The position numbers and the translations under genes are program-made. 64,000 bases of DNA, from NCBI GenBank assembly GCA_008632985.1, contig QPGO01000059.1, positions 310,001 to 374,000 on the forward strand. The letters are read 5' to 3'. Source of the stretch: Psammoneis japonica. Its lineage: Eukaryota. Shown in pieces: positions 1 through 10,209 of this stretch (position 1 is the stretch's first letter; each line of letters begins with the position of its first letter). The notes under the pieces were generated by a model. It was not told where the DNA came from. It saw nothing but the letters and a program-made list of their open reading frames with translations, and did not search any database.

Positions 1-1359
1 ATATCCGCACAACAAGAACAATTAAACATTAAATCGTTTCCACTAGCCTTTACGGACATTACGAGACATGCAAAGTGTGTGGGTTACTCATGCTACACAA
101 GCCGTAATGACTACTACGTGTATGAGGCGTTTGTGCTACTGTTGGAGGCAAACGGCCGCGAGAATCCAAAGTCATCCGAGCAGCAACAACAAGATTTCAA
201 CAACTCGTCTTCGTCCTTGAATTCAAAGCAACAAGAATCATCCGAAAAGACGAAAACAAACAAGTCTGAAACGAATCATCAATCATGGCTTGTACTGAGA
301 CAATCGTCACGAACCGAAACAAAAAAACAAAAATCGACACTGGTGGAGCATATCGTTGCCCTATCCTTTCGACCACTCTCGCCCATTCTATCCGAAATTC
401 CAATATCCAATGACGAAACACTTGTAGGAATTTGGGTCGGTAGCGCCGATGATACTCAAGTACGGCTATACGTTCCAAGCAACAACGATGATTCTTCATC
501 ATTGACTCTTGTCAATGTTCAAGTCAAATCTACCAAGGAAACACAAGGACGAAACAATAAGCGTACCGCCTTTTCTCTGTCGAGTCCCGTCATGGCCTTG
601 GCGGCGGCGGTACATGACGACGACGAATTTATAATTGCCATGGCGTGTCAAGATGGAACGATTCAAATTGTAGAATTATTGAATCATCATGGCTCATCGT
701 CCATTGTGTACGACCAGGAATTGAACACTATGGAACTATCCGACCTTATCCTGTATCAAGCACTTGTCGATGGACCGATTGTTTCCTTGTGTTTTTCACA
801 CAAAGATTCCACACGTCGTCTCTTTGTTGGTTCGCTCTGTGGATTTGTTTGTCAAGTTTGTCAAAACGATGATACATCATGGCAAGAACCCACCATGGTG
901 TTTGAATGCCACAAGGACGACCCTGTCATGACCATGTCGGCATGGAATAATGTAGTGGCGATTGGAACCTTTTCGGGAAGAGTCATCTTGTTGCAACGAC
1001 ACGAAAAAGACTATTATGAACAAGTGTGGCACTGTCAATTGCCGCAACCCATCCATGGGATTGCACATGACGACGGAAATTTGGTAGTGACAACCAAGTG
1101 GGACGTGCACCTCTTTGGTCGTATTCCTAGTTACAAGTATTCGGCAGACGTGGCCAAGCAACGAGTCTTGGAGTTGATGCAGCAACGAAACATTTCTCCG
1201 ACAAAGGCGAACGAAAATGACATTGAACGTAAAGAGGAGGTGAGTGATACGGACGATGGCCCAGCGGAAGAAATCAATAATGAGATTGCAGACAACGAGA
1301 CCAAAGCTGCGGAGGAAGAGCCTGCGAGTGTAATAAATGACGACACCGTCATCAAATAA
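1..1359 (+). CDS. KPTN: Kaptin (KICSTOR subunit)-like beta-propeller protein, 5' partial
   Basis: Frame open from base 1 to TAG at 1359. Ordered motifs SSPVMAL, IAMACQDGTIQI, VDGPIVSL, VAIGTFSG, VWHCQLPQPIHGI, LVVTTKWDVHLF parallel Kaptin as I recall it (SSVLWL, ALGCQSGYV, QDGPISRV, VATYG, LWQRSFSSPL, LAVVSLKGVHIL). Confidence 0.65.
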   Translation: MSAQQEQLNIKSFPLAFTDITRHAKCVGYSCYTSRNDYYVYEAFVLLLEANGRENPKSSEQQQQDFNNSSSSLNSKQQESSEKTKTNKSETNHQSWLVLRQSSRTETKKQKSTLVEHIVALSFRPLSPILSEIPISNDETLVGIWVGSADDTQVRLYVPSNNDDSSSLTLVNVQVKSTKETQGRNNKRTAFSLSSPVMALAAAVHDDDEFIIAMACQDGTIQIVELLNHHGSSSIVYDQELNTMELSDLILYQALVDGPIVSLCFSHKDSTRRLFVGSLCGFVCQVCQNDDTSWQEPTMVFECHKDDPVMTMSAWNNVVAIGTFSGRVILLQRHEKDYYEQVWHCQLPQPIHGIAHDDGNLVVTTKWDVHLFGRIPSYKYSADVAKQRVLELMQQRNISPTKANENDIERKEEVSDTDDGPAEEINNEIADNETKAAEEEPASVINDDTVIK

Positions 1360-1433
1360 TAGACAAAAAGTTGGCTGCTCCTGCTAGCTTCATATCACCT
1401 GTGCTTTTGTGTTTCTCTACCTGGGTATAAGTT

Positions 1434-1859
1434 TTAATTGACAAATCCCGCTGCAATACAAAACGATAGCAACTCCTTCATGGTCCGATAAATTCGAATA
1501 CTTTGTGCCGTCTTGGAAACACGCACAATTTCAATCCACTCGGATTTGAGAGTGGAGAGTCGTTTTCGTTTGGTCTTGAGGGAGCTGAGAAATCGTCCCA
1601 CATCGCACTCGGTCGATCCCTCGTATTTTAAAAATTCCATACCCAACGACGATATCTTGTATCCAAAGGGATGCCAACCCGCTGGTATGAGTCGTTTGAT
1701 CCATGGAGTGTGACTGTCGCCACCGCGAGGAAAATCAATGATGCATTTCGGAGCGGGAGGACTGACTTGCGCGTTTTTCACATTGCAGCTAGTGCATTCA
1801 ACGATTGATATCCAACAGAGCAAAGTAAACAATAATATCAATTTCAGGGTACGAAGCAT
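1434..1859 (-). CDS. Hypothetical 141-aa protein with N-terminal signal peptide
   Basis: ATG-initiated ORF of normal composition with hydrophobic N-terminus (LKLILLFTLLCWISIVEC). Confidence 0.7.
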   Translation of the reverse strand: MLRTLKLILLFTLLCWISIVECTSCNVKNAQVSPPAPKCIIDFPRGGDSHTPWIKRLIPAGWHPFGYKISSLGMEFLKYEGSTECDVGRFLSSLKTKRKRLSTLKSEWIEIVRVSKTAQSIRIYRTMKELLSFCIAAGFVN

Positions 1860-2209
1860 TTCTTTTGTGGGGTATTAGAAGATGATGGAAAACACTTGTC
1901 ATTTAGATAGTCAACACGAGCGATTGCGAAGCAAGAAAATCCGACGGATCTTCGATCCAATCGACTAAATCCATTTCGATTTTTCGAAATCCAAAAAATT
2001 ATTAGTTCACGAGGGAATTCAATCTTCCCCATAGATCCTGCTTGGGAAATCTTTCCGCGCAAGATCACGCGAGACAAGACGGCCATGACGGAAAACCGTC
2101 ACAACATAACATCAGCGCCCTCACTCACACCGCATCTCACAATCACAAGAAGCTGGTCACACGAGTTGCTCTTTCTCTCTACACACAGCAAGTAACACAA
2201 TCAAAAGCC

Positions 2210-4446
2210 ATGAGCCAAACCGAATTTGATTCCGATCTGGAGGAAATCGCCCAAGCCTTTCAGAAAAACGTCAAGGTGTCGGATCAGCGTTATCATTTAA
2301 AAACGTACAAGAACTGCTTTATTGGCTCGGATGCGGTCGACTATCTCGTCTCATCCGGTACGGCTGCATCTCGTGAGGATGCTGTTCACATTGGACGAGC
2401 GCTTGCCGAACAGTATCACTTGTTTGAACACGTGGCTCGTGACCATGCCTTTAAGGATGAACACTTGTTTTATCGTTTCCTAAAACAGGGCGAGCGTGGA
2501 CAAACGGCCGTCGACGCCAAGACGGGAGAAAACGTGGGTTGGTCTGACTTTTTGGCGCCTCTTGGAGGACCCAGTGGATCGTCCCTTCAACCCAAGCTGC
2601 CTCAACCCGATTTGGAGAGTATTGCCAAGAATGATGAGCACGTGGTGAGTCAGGTTTGGCCGTTGGACGATTTGAACGTTCAGCTTTTGGATCATGTACA
2701 TCCTGCGAATTGGAAAGACCCGTTGCCCAATCAAGGAGATGATTCCTTTTATGATTTGGTGGTTATTGGTGGAGGTACGGCTGGGCTAGTCACGGCGGCC
2801 GGGGCGTCGGGTGTGGGAGCCAAGGTGGCCCTGATTGAGGCGCACATGCTTGGTGGGGATTGGTAAGTTGTAGCAGACAGAAACGTGTAGTTGAGGAGTG
2901 TTTACATTGTTTCGTCCGTTTCTCAATATTCTGCATCTTGTCGGTCACATTCTGAATTCTCTAGTCTTAACGTGGGCTGTGTTCCATCCAAGTCGATTAT
3001 TCATTCTGCCAAGCTGGCTCATACGCTCAAAGATGCTGAACACTTGGCAGAGAATGGAATTAGCATCGATCCGTCGTCGATCAAGGTTGACTTTGGAAAA
3101 GTCATGGAGCGTGTCCGTCGTATCCGTACCGACATTTCTCATCACGATTCTGCGGACCGCTACACCAAAGAATTTGGTGTCCACGTTTACATTGGACATG
3201 CCGTTTTCAACAGCAACAAATCGGTATTGGTGAATGGAAGGACGATTTCTTTCAAACGTTGCTGCATTGCCACCGGAGGATACCCGACATTGATTCCCAT
3301 GCCTGGACTCAAAGAGCTTCATGACAAGGCGGTGTCAAAGGAAGAAGTACGCCCAATCGTCATGACAAACGAAACGTTCTTTAATCTTACAGTTCAACCC
3401 AAGAATATGGTTGTAATTGGTGCCGGTGTAATCGGTAAGTAAGACCCGCACGACGATCAAGTTAGTTCACGATATGTTTCTGTGCTCACGAACGCTATTC
3501 ATTCTTACCAACGCCGATGCACTATTCAGGATTGGAACTGGCGCAGTCCATGCAGCGTCTCGGAACCTCTGTCACTGTGCTGGGTCGCTCGGGAAAAATC
3601 CTCCCGAAAGAAGACGAAGACATGGCACAAGTCGTCAAGGACCAGCTGATCAGGGATGGCGTAACCTTTATGCTCCAAGTTGGCGACTACAAGAGCATCG
3701 AATTGACAGGCAAGACTCTCGACAATGGTCTGCCGGAAATGAAAATTATAGTGACGGAAAAAGGCAAAGCCGGTCAAACGGAATTGTTGTGTGATGCACT
3801 CTTGGTTGCTGCTGGACGCCGTCCCAATGTGACGGGGATGAACTTGGAAGTGGCGGGGGTTGAGTACGATGTCAAGGCCGGAATCAAGGTCAATGACAAT
3901 CTCCGCACAACCAATCCCATCATTTATTCCGCCGGTGATTGCTGTTCGCAATTCAAGTTTACGCACGCGGCTGACTTTATGGCTCGTACCGTAATCAAGA
4001 ATAGTCTCTTTTTTGGCAAGGAGAAAATGTCCAAGTTGCTCATCCCCTATGCCACCTTTACAGATCCAGAAATTGCCAGTGTCGGCTTGTACGAACAAGA
4101 CCTCAAGGATTCAAACACACCGTATCGTATCATTGAAAAGCACTTTGCCAACAATGATCGTGCCATTTGTGACGGTGAGACACGGGGCTTTGTTCGGTTC
4201 CGTATTGACGCCAAGACGGACAAGATTTTGGGTTGCTCCATTGTCGGTCCTGGCGCCGGCAACATGATTAGCGAGGCAACGCTCGCCATGCAATCTGGCA
4301 CGGGTCTCGGGTCCCTGGCCGCCGTCATTCACCCGTACCCCACAAACGCAGAGGTGTTGAGGCAGAGTGGCGACTTGTACAATAAGACGCGCCTGACGCT
4401 GACTGTCAAGAAGCTGCTTCGAGGGGTGATTGGTATTCAACGTTAA
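2210..4446 (+). CDS. DEP domain fused to a pyridine nucleotide-disulfide oxidoreductase (mercuric reductase/lipoamide dehydrogenase-like); exons 2210-2862, 2965-3434, 3530-4446
   Basis: DEP motif (RYHLKTYKNCFIGSDAVDYL...FKDEHLFYRF). GGGTAG FAD motif. Splicing GTAAGT...AG introns restores GGDCLNVGCVPSK and GAGVIGLELAQ. C-terminal HPYPT. Confidence 0.92.
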
Positions 4447-4556
4447 GATATACCAATTATTCAAAAACAACAATAGTTTCAGTCTTGATGAAATGGTGCA
4501 TTTTTATGTACAGGTAGAGAATTATTTATTCATACAAAGTTGAGATACAAGACCCA

Positions 4557-5801
4557 TCATAGAGAGCTGTCATAGCTAGAATTCTGCATGCTCTCGTCTA
4601 CACTCAGGTTGACTGTATCTTGCGACTCAGCAGTGGTAGGCCTTCCTTGTTCACCCGGTCTATCCAACAGTAAAGAATTGCAAAAGCTAAAGCCACACTG
4701 ACGAACCAAATCAACCAATGGTAATAGAATGCATCCCAAAGTGACGCGCAAGCCCCGAATCGGCGCAAAATGTAGCCCAGCACTTATTGTAGGTGCTTCT
4801 CGTCCATCTTTCTCCTTCAAGAGCGAACCACACATGAAACAACAGCCACAGCACCCAGATACCAAACTCAAAAGGGTAGCTACAACTAGATACACAACAA
4901 TGGCTGGAAAGCAAAGGAGCGCATGGACGCATGCTCGACACCGTACTTTTCCCATTTTGCGATGATCCAGAAAGGATTGCCGACACTTGGCACAGGACCG
5001 AATCTCATCACCGCTCAAATACAAATGCGTCCCACACTTGTAACAAAAGTCTTGCTTACAGGATTGACACACGACGTGGTCGCAACCACCCGCAATTTGA
5101 ATGGGTACTTTGCAATGAGAACAGGGCTTGGAGAGCAAACGGACGGCACGGCGGGACTTGGCGTCCTGCTTGCCACGGAGGGTTTTGTAGTATTCTTCGC
5201 ATGTCTGGTTTGGATGGAGAGTTCCGTGAATGGCACAAAACTCGAGCATACATTGTGGACATGATAGTTCGGTATTTTGCGCTTCTTCTTCTTGGTCGTC
5301 GTCGTAATGCTGCTGCTCAGATTCTCCTTGAGTCGGATCAAACAGTTGGTGGCATCCGGGACAAGGAACGAGATTGGGATTCGCCTTTATTTGTAAGAGT
5401 TGCTGGTACCTATTCCAATCGCTAAAGATATGACTCGAGTCATCCCCATGGCTTGCTTCACTGTCGCCTTGGTCTTTACAGAGTATCTCCTTCACTTGTT
5501 CGTCATGCATCGCGTATGGGCATCTCTTTGATTTCTCGGACGACTCATTTCCGTTTTGTGCCGGACAAGGAATCGGAACTGTACATTCCTGAATGGATTG
5601 AATACAATGCTGTTTCAAACACTCATGACAAAATTCATGATGGCAAGACGTGAGAATCACTTGTTGACACGGCTCGTCTGATGCTGTTTTCTCAAGAGAT
5701 GTGAGCGTGCCTTCTTCGAGTCGTCGTTCCAGAATAGCAAACTCTTGGTAGCAAATGGGACACTCTCCCTCTCGCGAAACACTCATAGATGATTCGTCCA
5801 T
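4557..5801 (-). CDS. RBR (RING-IBR-RING) E3 ubiquitin ligase with C-terminal hydrophobic/Cys-rich segment
   Basis: CPIC..CHHEFCHEC..CP (RING1), CPGC..CPQC..FCAIH..H (IBR), KPCSHC..GGCDHVVC..C..FCYKC (RING2), followed by a TM-like stretch. Confidence 0.9.
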   Translation of the reverse strand: MDESSMSVSREGECPICYQEFAILERRLEEGTLTSLEKTASDEPCQQVILTSCHHEFCHECLKQHCIQSIQECTVPIPCPAQNGNESSEKSKRCPYAMHDEQVKEILCKDQGDSEASHGDDSSHIFSDWNRYQQLLQIKANPNLVPCPGCHQLFDPTQGESEQQHYDDDQEEEAQNTELSCPQCMLEFCAIHGTLHPNQTCEEYYKTLRGKQDAKSRRAVRLLSKPCSHCKVPIQIAGGCDHVVCQSCKQDFCYKCGTHLYLSGDEIRSCAKCRQSFLDHRKMGKVRCRACVHALLCFPAIVVYLVVATLLSLVSGCCGCCFMCGSLLKEKDGREAPTISAGLHFAPIRGLRVTLGCILLPLVDLVRQCGFSFCNSLLLDRPGEQGRPTTAESQDTVNLSVDESMQNSSYDSSL

Positions 5802-5924
5802 GGCACCGGTATGCAGAAGTGTTGCTTTGGTAAACTACAATGAGAAAGCAGCTATGCGTCGGTCGCCGAATTTCATGGTGCACTTGAATCAAGGGTGGAA
5901 TCAAAATTCGGAAATTCATTTCTC

Positions 5925-6180
5925 GGACGCGCGTGCGTTGTGTCGTGCGTGTGACATCAATCTTTCTTTCGCGCCAAATATCGCGCAAAAAAGGCGGGAA
6001 AACGAATATATTAATATTCATGTATTTTGAATGGATTTCACTTGTTTCTTTGCAACGGGGACGTGCGTGCGTGTCGGTCGTGCGTGTGACATCAGTCTTT
6101 CTTGCGCGCGAAAAGAATCGCGCGAAAAAGGCGGGAAAATGAATGTAAATCTACATGCGTGATGAATGGATTCAACTTGC
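5925..6180. promoter_or_regulatory. Two diverged ~135-bp tandem copies carrying E2F-like sites in a divergent promoter
   Basis: Both copies contain gtcgtgcgtgtgacatca...ggcgggaaaa...gaatggatt. TTTCGCGCCAAA at 5967-5978, GGCGGGAAAA at 5993 and 6130, GCGCGAAAA twice in 6106-6128. Confidence 0.55.
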
Positions 6181-6341
6181 TGCTGCCGTGGCAATCTTTC
6201 TCACAGAATGCATCTTTGCAACAGCAGGAACACAACTGAGTTCTTCCAAAGCGCCACAAGACGACAAGAACTTGGCCGTTGTTGCGTTGTTTTCGAAACG
6301 AAAAGACAGCACAGCATGTCTATTGTAAATGCTGAGTCGAT

Positions 6342-7592
6342 ATGAATGGCCATGTCACGAAAATTGACAATTCCGATGCTTCCGTGGAACGCTTTGTTGT
6401 TGTTCGATACTACCTGGACCGTCCAGGATACGACATTCGTCATGCGAGCGCCCGTTTATGGAAGAATCCACCTCCGACCTGTACCGCACGAGACATTGCC
6501 ACCTTTTTAACGCAGCAGGGTCTTGTGCCACTGTCGGAAATCAACAATGATGATCCGTCGCTTCTTGTGGAGATTTATCTGGACAAGTTTGAATCCTACA
6601 TGTTGTTGCAAGCGTGTGAAACGGGTGGAATCTGTTTTGATTTTTCTCATGCCACACAGGAAAATCCGGGTATTTTAGCCATTCGCTTTACCGATACCAT
6701 TGCGGGTCAACAGCAGCAACAAGGACTCGAGGGACAAGTAACAAAAGCCGATGCTCCTACAAATAATGTTCCAAGGATTTGCAACACTTCCCAGATTGGT
6801 TTGTTTGCTTTTTCCATGACGGTTGGACTCGAAATGACAGAAGTTACACGGACCTTGGTGGGCGGTGACAATATTCACGAGAGCTTTGTCTTGACGTGGG
6901 GACCGTATGCATTCTTTGTGAGTGGATTGCTTCAATTAATAGTCGGGCAATGGGAAGTAACGAGAAACAATGTGTATGGTGCCACGGCCTTTATGGCGTT
7001 TGGTAGCTTTTGGTTGGCCAACGGATTGAGACTGATCTTTCTTAATTACTTTCCGGGAGAAATCCCCGAGGAACTCTTGAATGGAAGTGATCCGTGGGGT
7101 GAATTCATTCGTCACATGTACATTTTGGCCTTTGCGTGTGCCTTGTGGTATCAAACCTTGACGATCAACAAATACACAACCTTTTTGGTGTCCTTGTTGA
7201 TTGTCATGTTGTTTGGAGCGACCTTTGCTGGATGGAGCACTGGTATGAAATGGATTCAAATGATTGTTGGTTGGATGACGAGTGCTTGGGCATTCTTTGT
7301 GTTCTTTGCCGAGTTTACAAACGAAGTCTACCATCGACAAGTGTTTCATTTGTTTCCATGGAATGAAAGCAGTTCCAACGAAGTATTTGGTGCGGCTGGT
7401 CGAGCAAACACGTTGACTGCCCGAGCCTACAAACTTCGTTCTGCGGCAATTTCCGTCAAGTCCACGACAGGCGAATGCACGGAGGAAGCTCCAAAGGAAG
7501 ACACTTACACCTTTCATGGCTTGCGTGCTGTGCAACCACAAAAAGTACCTGTGGAGACTGTGGCAGAAGAAGACAAGGCCAAGTACTTGTAG
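6342..7592 (+). CDS. GPR1/FUN34/YaaH (SatP/Ady2) family acetate/ammonia transporter with N-terminal soluble extension
   Basis: NTSQIGLFAFSMT (NPAPLGL-like), GLLQLIVG..NNVYGATAFMAFGSFWL, about six hydrophobic helices. Confidence 0.85.
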   Translation: MNGHVTKIDNSDASVERFVVVRYYLDRPGYDIRHASARLWKNPPPTCTARDIATFLTQQGLVPLSEINNDDPSLLVEIYLDKFESYMLLQACETGGICFDFSHATQENPGILAIRFTDTIAGQQQQQGLEGQVTKADAPTNNVPRICNTSQIGLFAFSMTVGLEMTEVTRTLVGGDNIHESFVLTWGPYAFFVSGLLQLIVGQWEVTRNNVYGATAFMAFGSFWLANGLRLIFLNYFPGEIPEELLNGSDPWGEFIRHMYILAFACALWYQTLTINKYTTFLVSLLIVMLFGATFAGWSTGMKWIQMIVGWMTSAWAFFVFFAEFTNEVYHRQVFHLFPWNESSSNEVFGAAGRANTLTARAYKLRSAAISVKSTTGECTEEAPKEDTYTFHGLRAVQPQKVPVETVAEEDKAKYL

Positions 7593-8153
7593 GGCGATCG
7601 ATGGGAGGGACTCTGAAATCTTGTAGAATTAGAAACACTTTGTATTTTGCGTTCATGAGATTCTTCACCTGCACAATACCAGCTCATCCTATCTTATCGT
7701 ACGAGCCTGTTACCTGCGTATTTCGATTATTGATCCTATCGGGAGGACCACGGTCTTTATCTAGCTCTAGAGTAGAGGTACTCTAGCTGGTAGAATAGAG
7801 AGAAGTTTCCAGAAGCCGCAAAATGACATTCGAATCAATCGTGATGATGATTCGTGATAAAGGTTATGAGGTCACAACCCTTTAGATAGCAAAAAATCAC
7901 AGTTTTTCGTATTCTTGCACAGAGACAGTACGCAAGTCGATGAGGTTCTTACCGATGGCTGCGTGTTGCTAATTGCAAACTAATGAGCTAGACTGTGATG
8001 GTGCGCAAGTGCCTGAACGAATCTTTGTCACCCCTTGTGGGTCCCCTTTTATCGTTGATATCGTGTGCAAGACGATTGACAAAGCCCTCAACGTGATGCT
8101 GTGTTGAGTGACGGTGGTCCGTAGTTCGATTCTCGTTGAAAAATCATAAAAAT

Positions 8154-8768
8154 ATGGAAAGTTTCAATGAAGTATTCCCAGGTTTGTGGATTGGGAACCT
8201 ATCATCCCTAAAGAACCTTGATTGCATGCAAACAACGAAAAGAAATTGTGCCGCTGCCGATAACAAGGTTCGCCTCACAGTGATATCTGTCATGTCTTCA
8301 GAAAAGCTGATACTACTCGCTTCGACGATGATCGAAAAACAAAAGCAAAGTGCTAGTACCGAGGGTATTTCTCAGTATCGTTCAATAAGGCATGTTGTGT
8401 GGAGACTACAAGATAGTGTGAAGGCTGACTTTCTATCGGACGATCTGAAACGTGTATTGGGTGAAATGGACGTGGCGTTGTCTGGTGGACGAGCTGAAGA
8501 CGAATCTTTAGGAGGAGCCGGCGGATCTTGTCTTGTACATTGCGCCCAGGGTGTTTCTAGATCCGCTGCCGTTTGTGCGGCCTGGCTCATTTCACGGCGA
8601 GGTTATTCGTTGGAAGACTCTCTAGAAACTATTCGTCGAGCTAGGTCTATTGCCAATCCTAATCTCGGATTCATTGCGGCGTTGCGGTCGATTGAGCAGT
8701 GTCGCGGAAACGTGGAGGACGCCGTGCATCGCTGGAAAAAAATAGAGCGAGTACAAACGAGGAGCTGA
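8154..8768 (+). CDS. Dual-specificity protein phosphatase
   Basis: EVFPGLWIGN, catalytic VHCAQGVSRSA, ANPNLGF. Confidence 0.92.
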   Translation: MESFNEVFPGLWIGNLSSLKNLDCMQTTKRNCAAADNKVRLTVISVMSSEKLILLASTMIEKQKQSASTEGISQYRSIRHVVWRLQDSVKADFLSDDLKRVLGEMDVALSGGRAEDESLGGAGGSCLVHCAQGVSRSAAVCAAWLISRRGYSLEDSLETIRRARSIANPNLGFIAALRSIEQCRGNVEDAVHRWKKIERVQTRS

Positions 8769-8850
8769 ATCAGGTAATTGGTTTTTCATGGTTACGCTAC
8801 CTGTACGTGATTGTGAATTGGGGTTTCACCGCATTGCTTTGAGCTCGTCA

Positions 8851-9882
8851 TCATCTTCTTCCATTGGGCTTTTTGTGAGACTTGTCCATTTCCCACCATT
8901 CTCGAAATGACTCTGGAAAGGCTTGAACGATTTTGTTAAGTGCCGCTGTCCCATTTCCTGCTACACTGTCTTCAAATGGAATCTCCACACGTTTTTCTGA
9001 AGGTATGCTCGACCGCACGAACGAGAACCAGTCCTTGTGTTTCTTCCGGAAATCGCACAGCTTCCATATTGTTTTGTTCTTGCAGACTTCGTCGGTCTTG
9101 GAAGCATTCACTGGCGGTATCGTGCCGTCTACTGCCAAAATATTGGCTTTGTGATCTTCGGTTCCCTTTGTTCGCCAATCCCCAGAGGTGTAGGCTACCC
9201 AAGAAGATTTCCAGCGGTCCTCGATATTCCTCTCCAACACAATGGGAAGTGTGTTTGGCACATTTTTCCACATCCAGCGATGTTGGTCGGGAGTCAGCTG
9301 ATCTGCAAATTCTTTGTATCCCACAACGCACTTTCCTAGGCATCTTGCCGCATTTTTGGGGTTTTTGAAACAACGTTCTTGTGCTAGCTTCCACACGTGA
9401 TGGTAGAGTTCTGCTGGGTCGGCTTCTTTTACAACGGTCGTATTGGGCATCCTGCCTTCTTCAAAAATAGTGCAGGCTGTGCAGCCTTCTTGATGTTGTT
9501 TTATAAAGACCTCATTCAGTCCGACGACACAGGGTTTTTCCTTGGTGATTACTTCATTCAACAAGTGAGTCGAGCTGGATCGTTGCATAGAAAGGATGGG
9601 CAGCCACAAAATATCGATCGGCTCACTCTCGTTGTATGGAGGGAAGTAATCAGGAACCACCTCATCTTCATTTTTCTGATCAATCGTTGACTCTGGAGAG
9701 AGAGAAAGGAGGTCACCAAGCGGCTCCAACGTCCACGCAGAAATCACCATCAGCATTCCCGTAACTACCATCAGTTTCGCAAATGAACTTTGCGCAAAGC
9801 CCGTGAGTCTTATCGTTCTCTTGGCATCATGCTCGGGTATTTGCCTGTGTTGAATCGACGAGTCGGATGTGCTTCGCTGCAT
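8851..9882 (-). CDS. Type II membrane sulfotransferase-like protein
   Basis: One N-terminal TM segment. SMQRSSSTHL resembles the PAPS 5'-binding loop and VLERNIEDRWKS the 3'-binding motif. Confidence 0.6.
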   Translation of the reverse strand: MQRSTSDSSIQHRQIPEHDAKRTIRLTGFAQSSFAKLMVVTGMLMVISAWTLEPLGDLLSLSPESTIDQKNEDEVVPDYFPPYNESEPIDILWLPILSMQRSSSTHLLNEVITKEKPCVVGLNEVFIKQHQEGCTACTIFEEGRMPNTTVVKEADPAELYHHVWKLAQERCFKNPKNAARCLGKCVVGYKEFADQLTPDQHRWMWKNVPNTLPIVLERNIEDRWKSSWVAYTSGDWRTKGTEDHKANILAVDGTIPPVNASKTDEVCKNKTIWKLCDFRKKHKDWFSFVRSSIPSEKRVEIPFEDSVAGNGTAALNKIVQAFPESFREWWEMDKSHKKPNGRR

Positions 9883-10209
9883 GTTGACAAAATGTGACGG
9901 CGATCGATGCAAACTAATGGCGGCAATGCAAAGACAAATTTTCTTCGATTTTGTTCCACTTCAAAATTATTGGAACCGAACTTGCGTCGTTTGCTCCTAC
10001 AATTCTTCGTACGTGGGATCTTCGTATGATCTTACGTAGGTGGTCGCGGTTAAGTGAGTTCCGGGTTTCAGAATCATGATTTTGGATTTTTTGGAGCTGA
10101 GCCTCTGCCACCATGAAGCAGCCGCCGTTCATTTGGACCGCACGATACCAATAGACTGCTTTCTAAGCGTTTCCTCTAATAGAGAGAACATAACGAATCA
10201 CCCGTTAAA

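Noticed and set aside
2210..4446. True MerA mercury resistance gene
   Set aside because: It lacks the C-terminal Cys-Cys pair and the N-terminal metal-binding domain.
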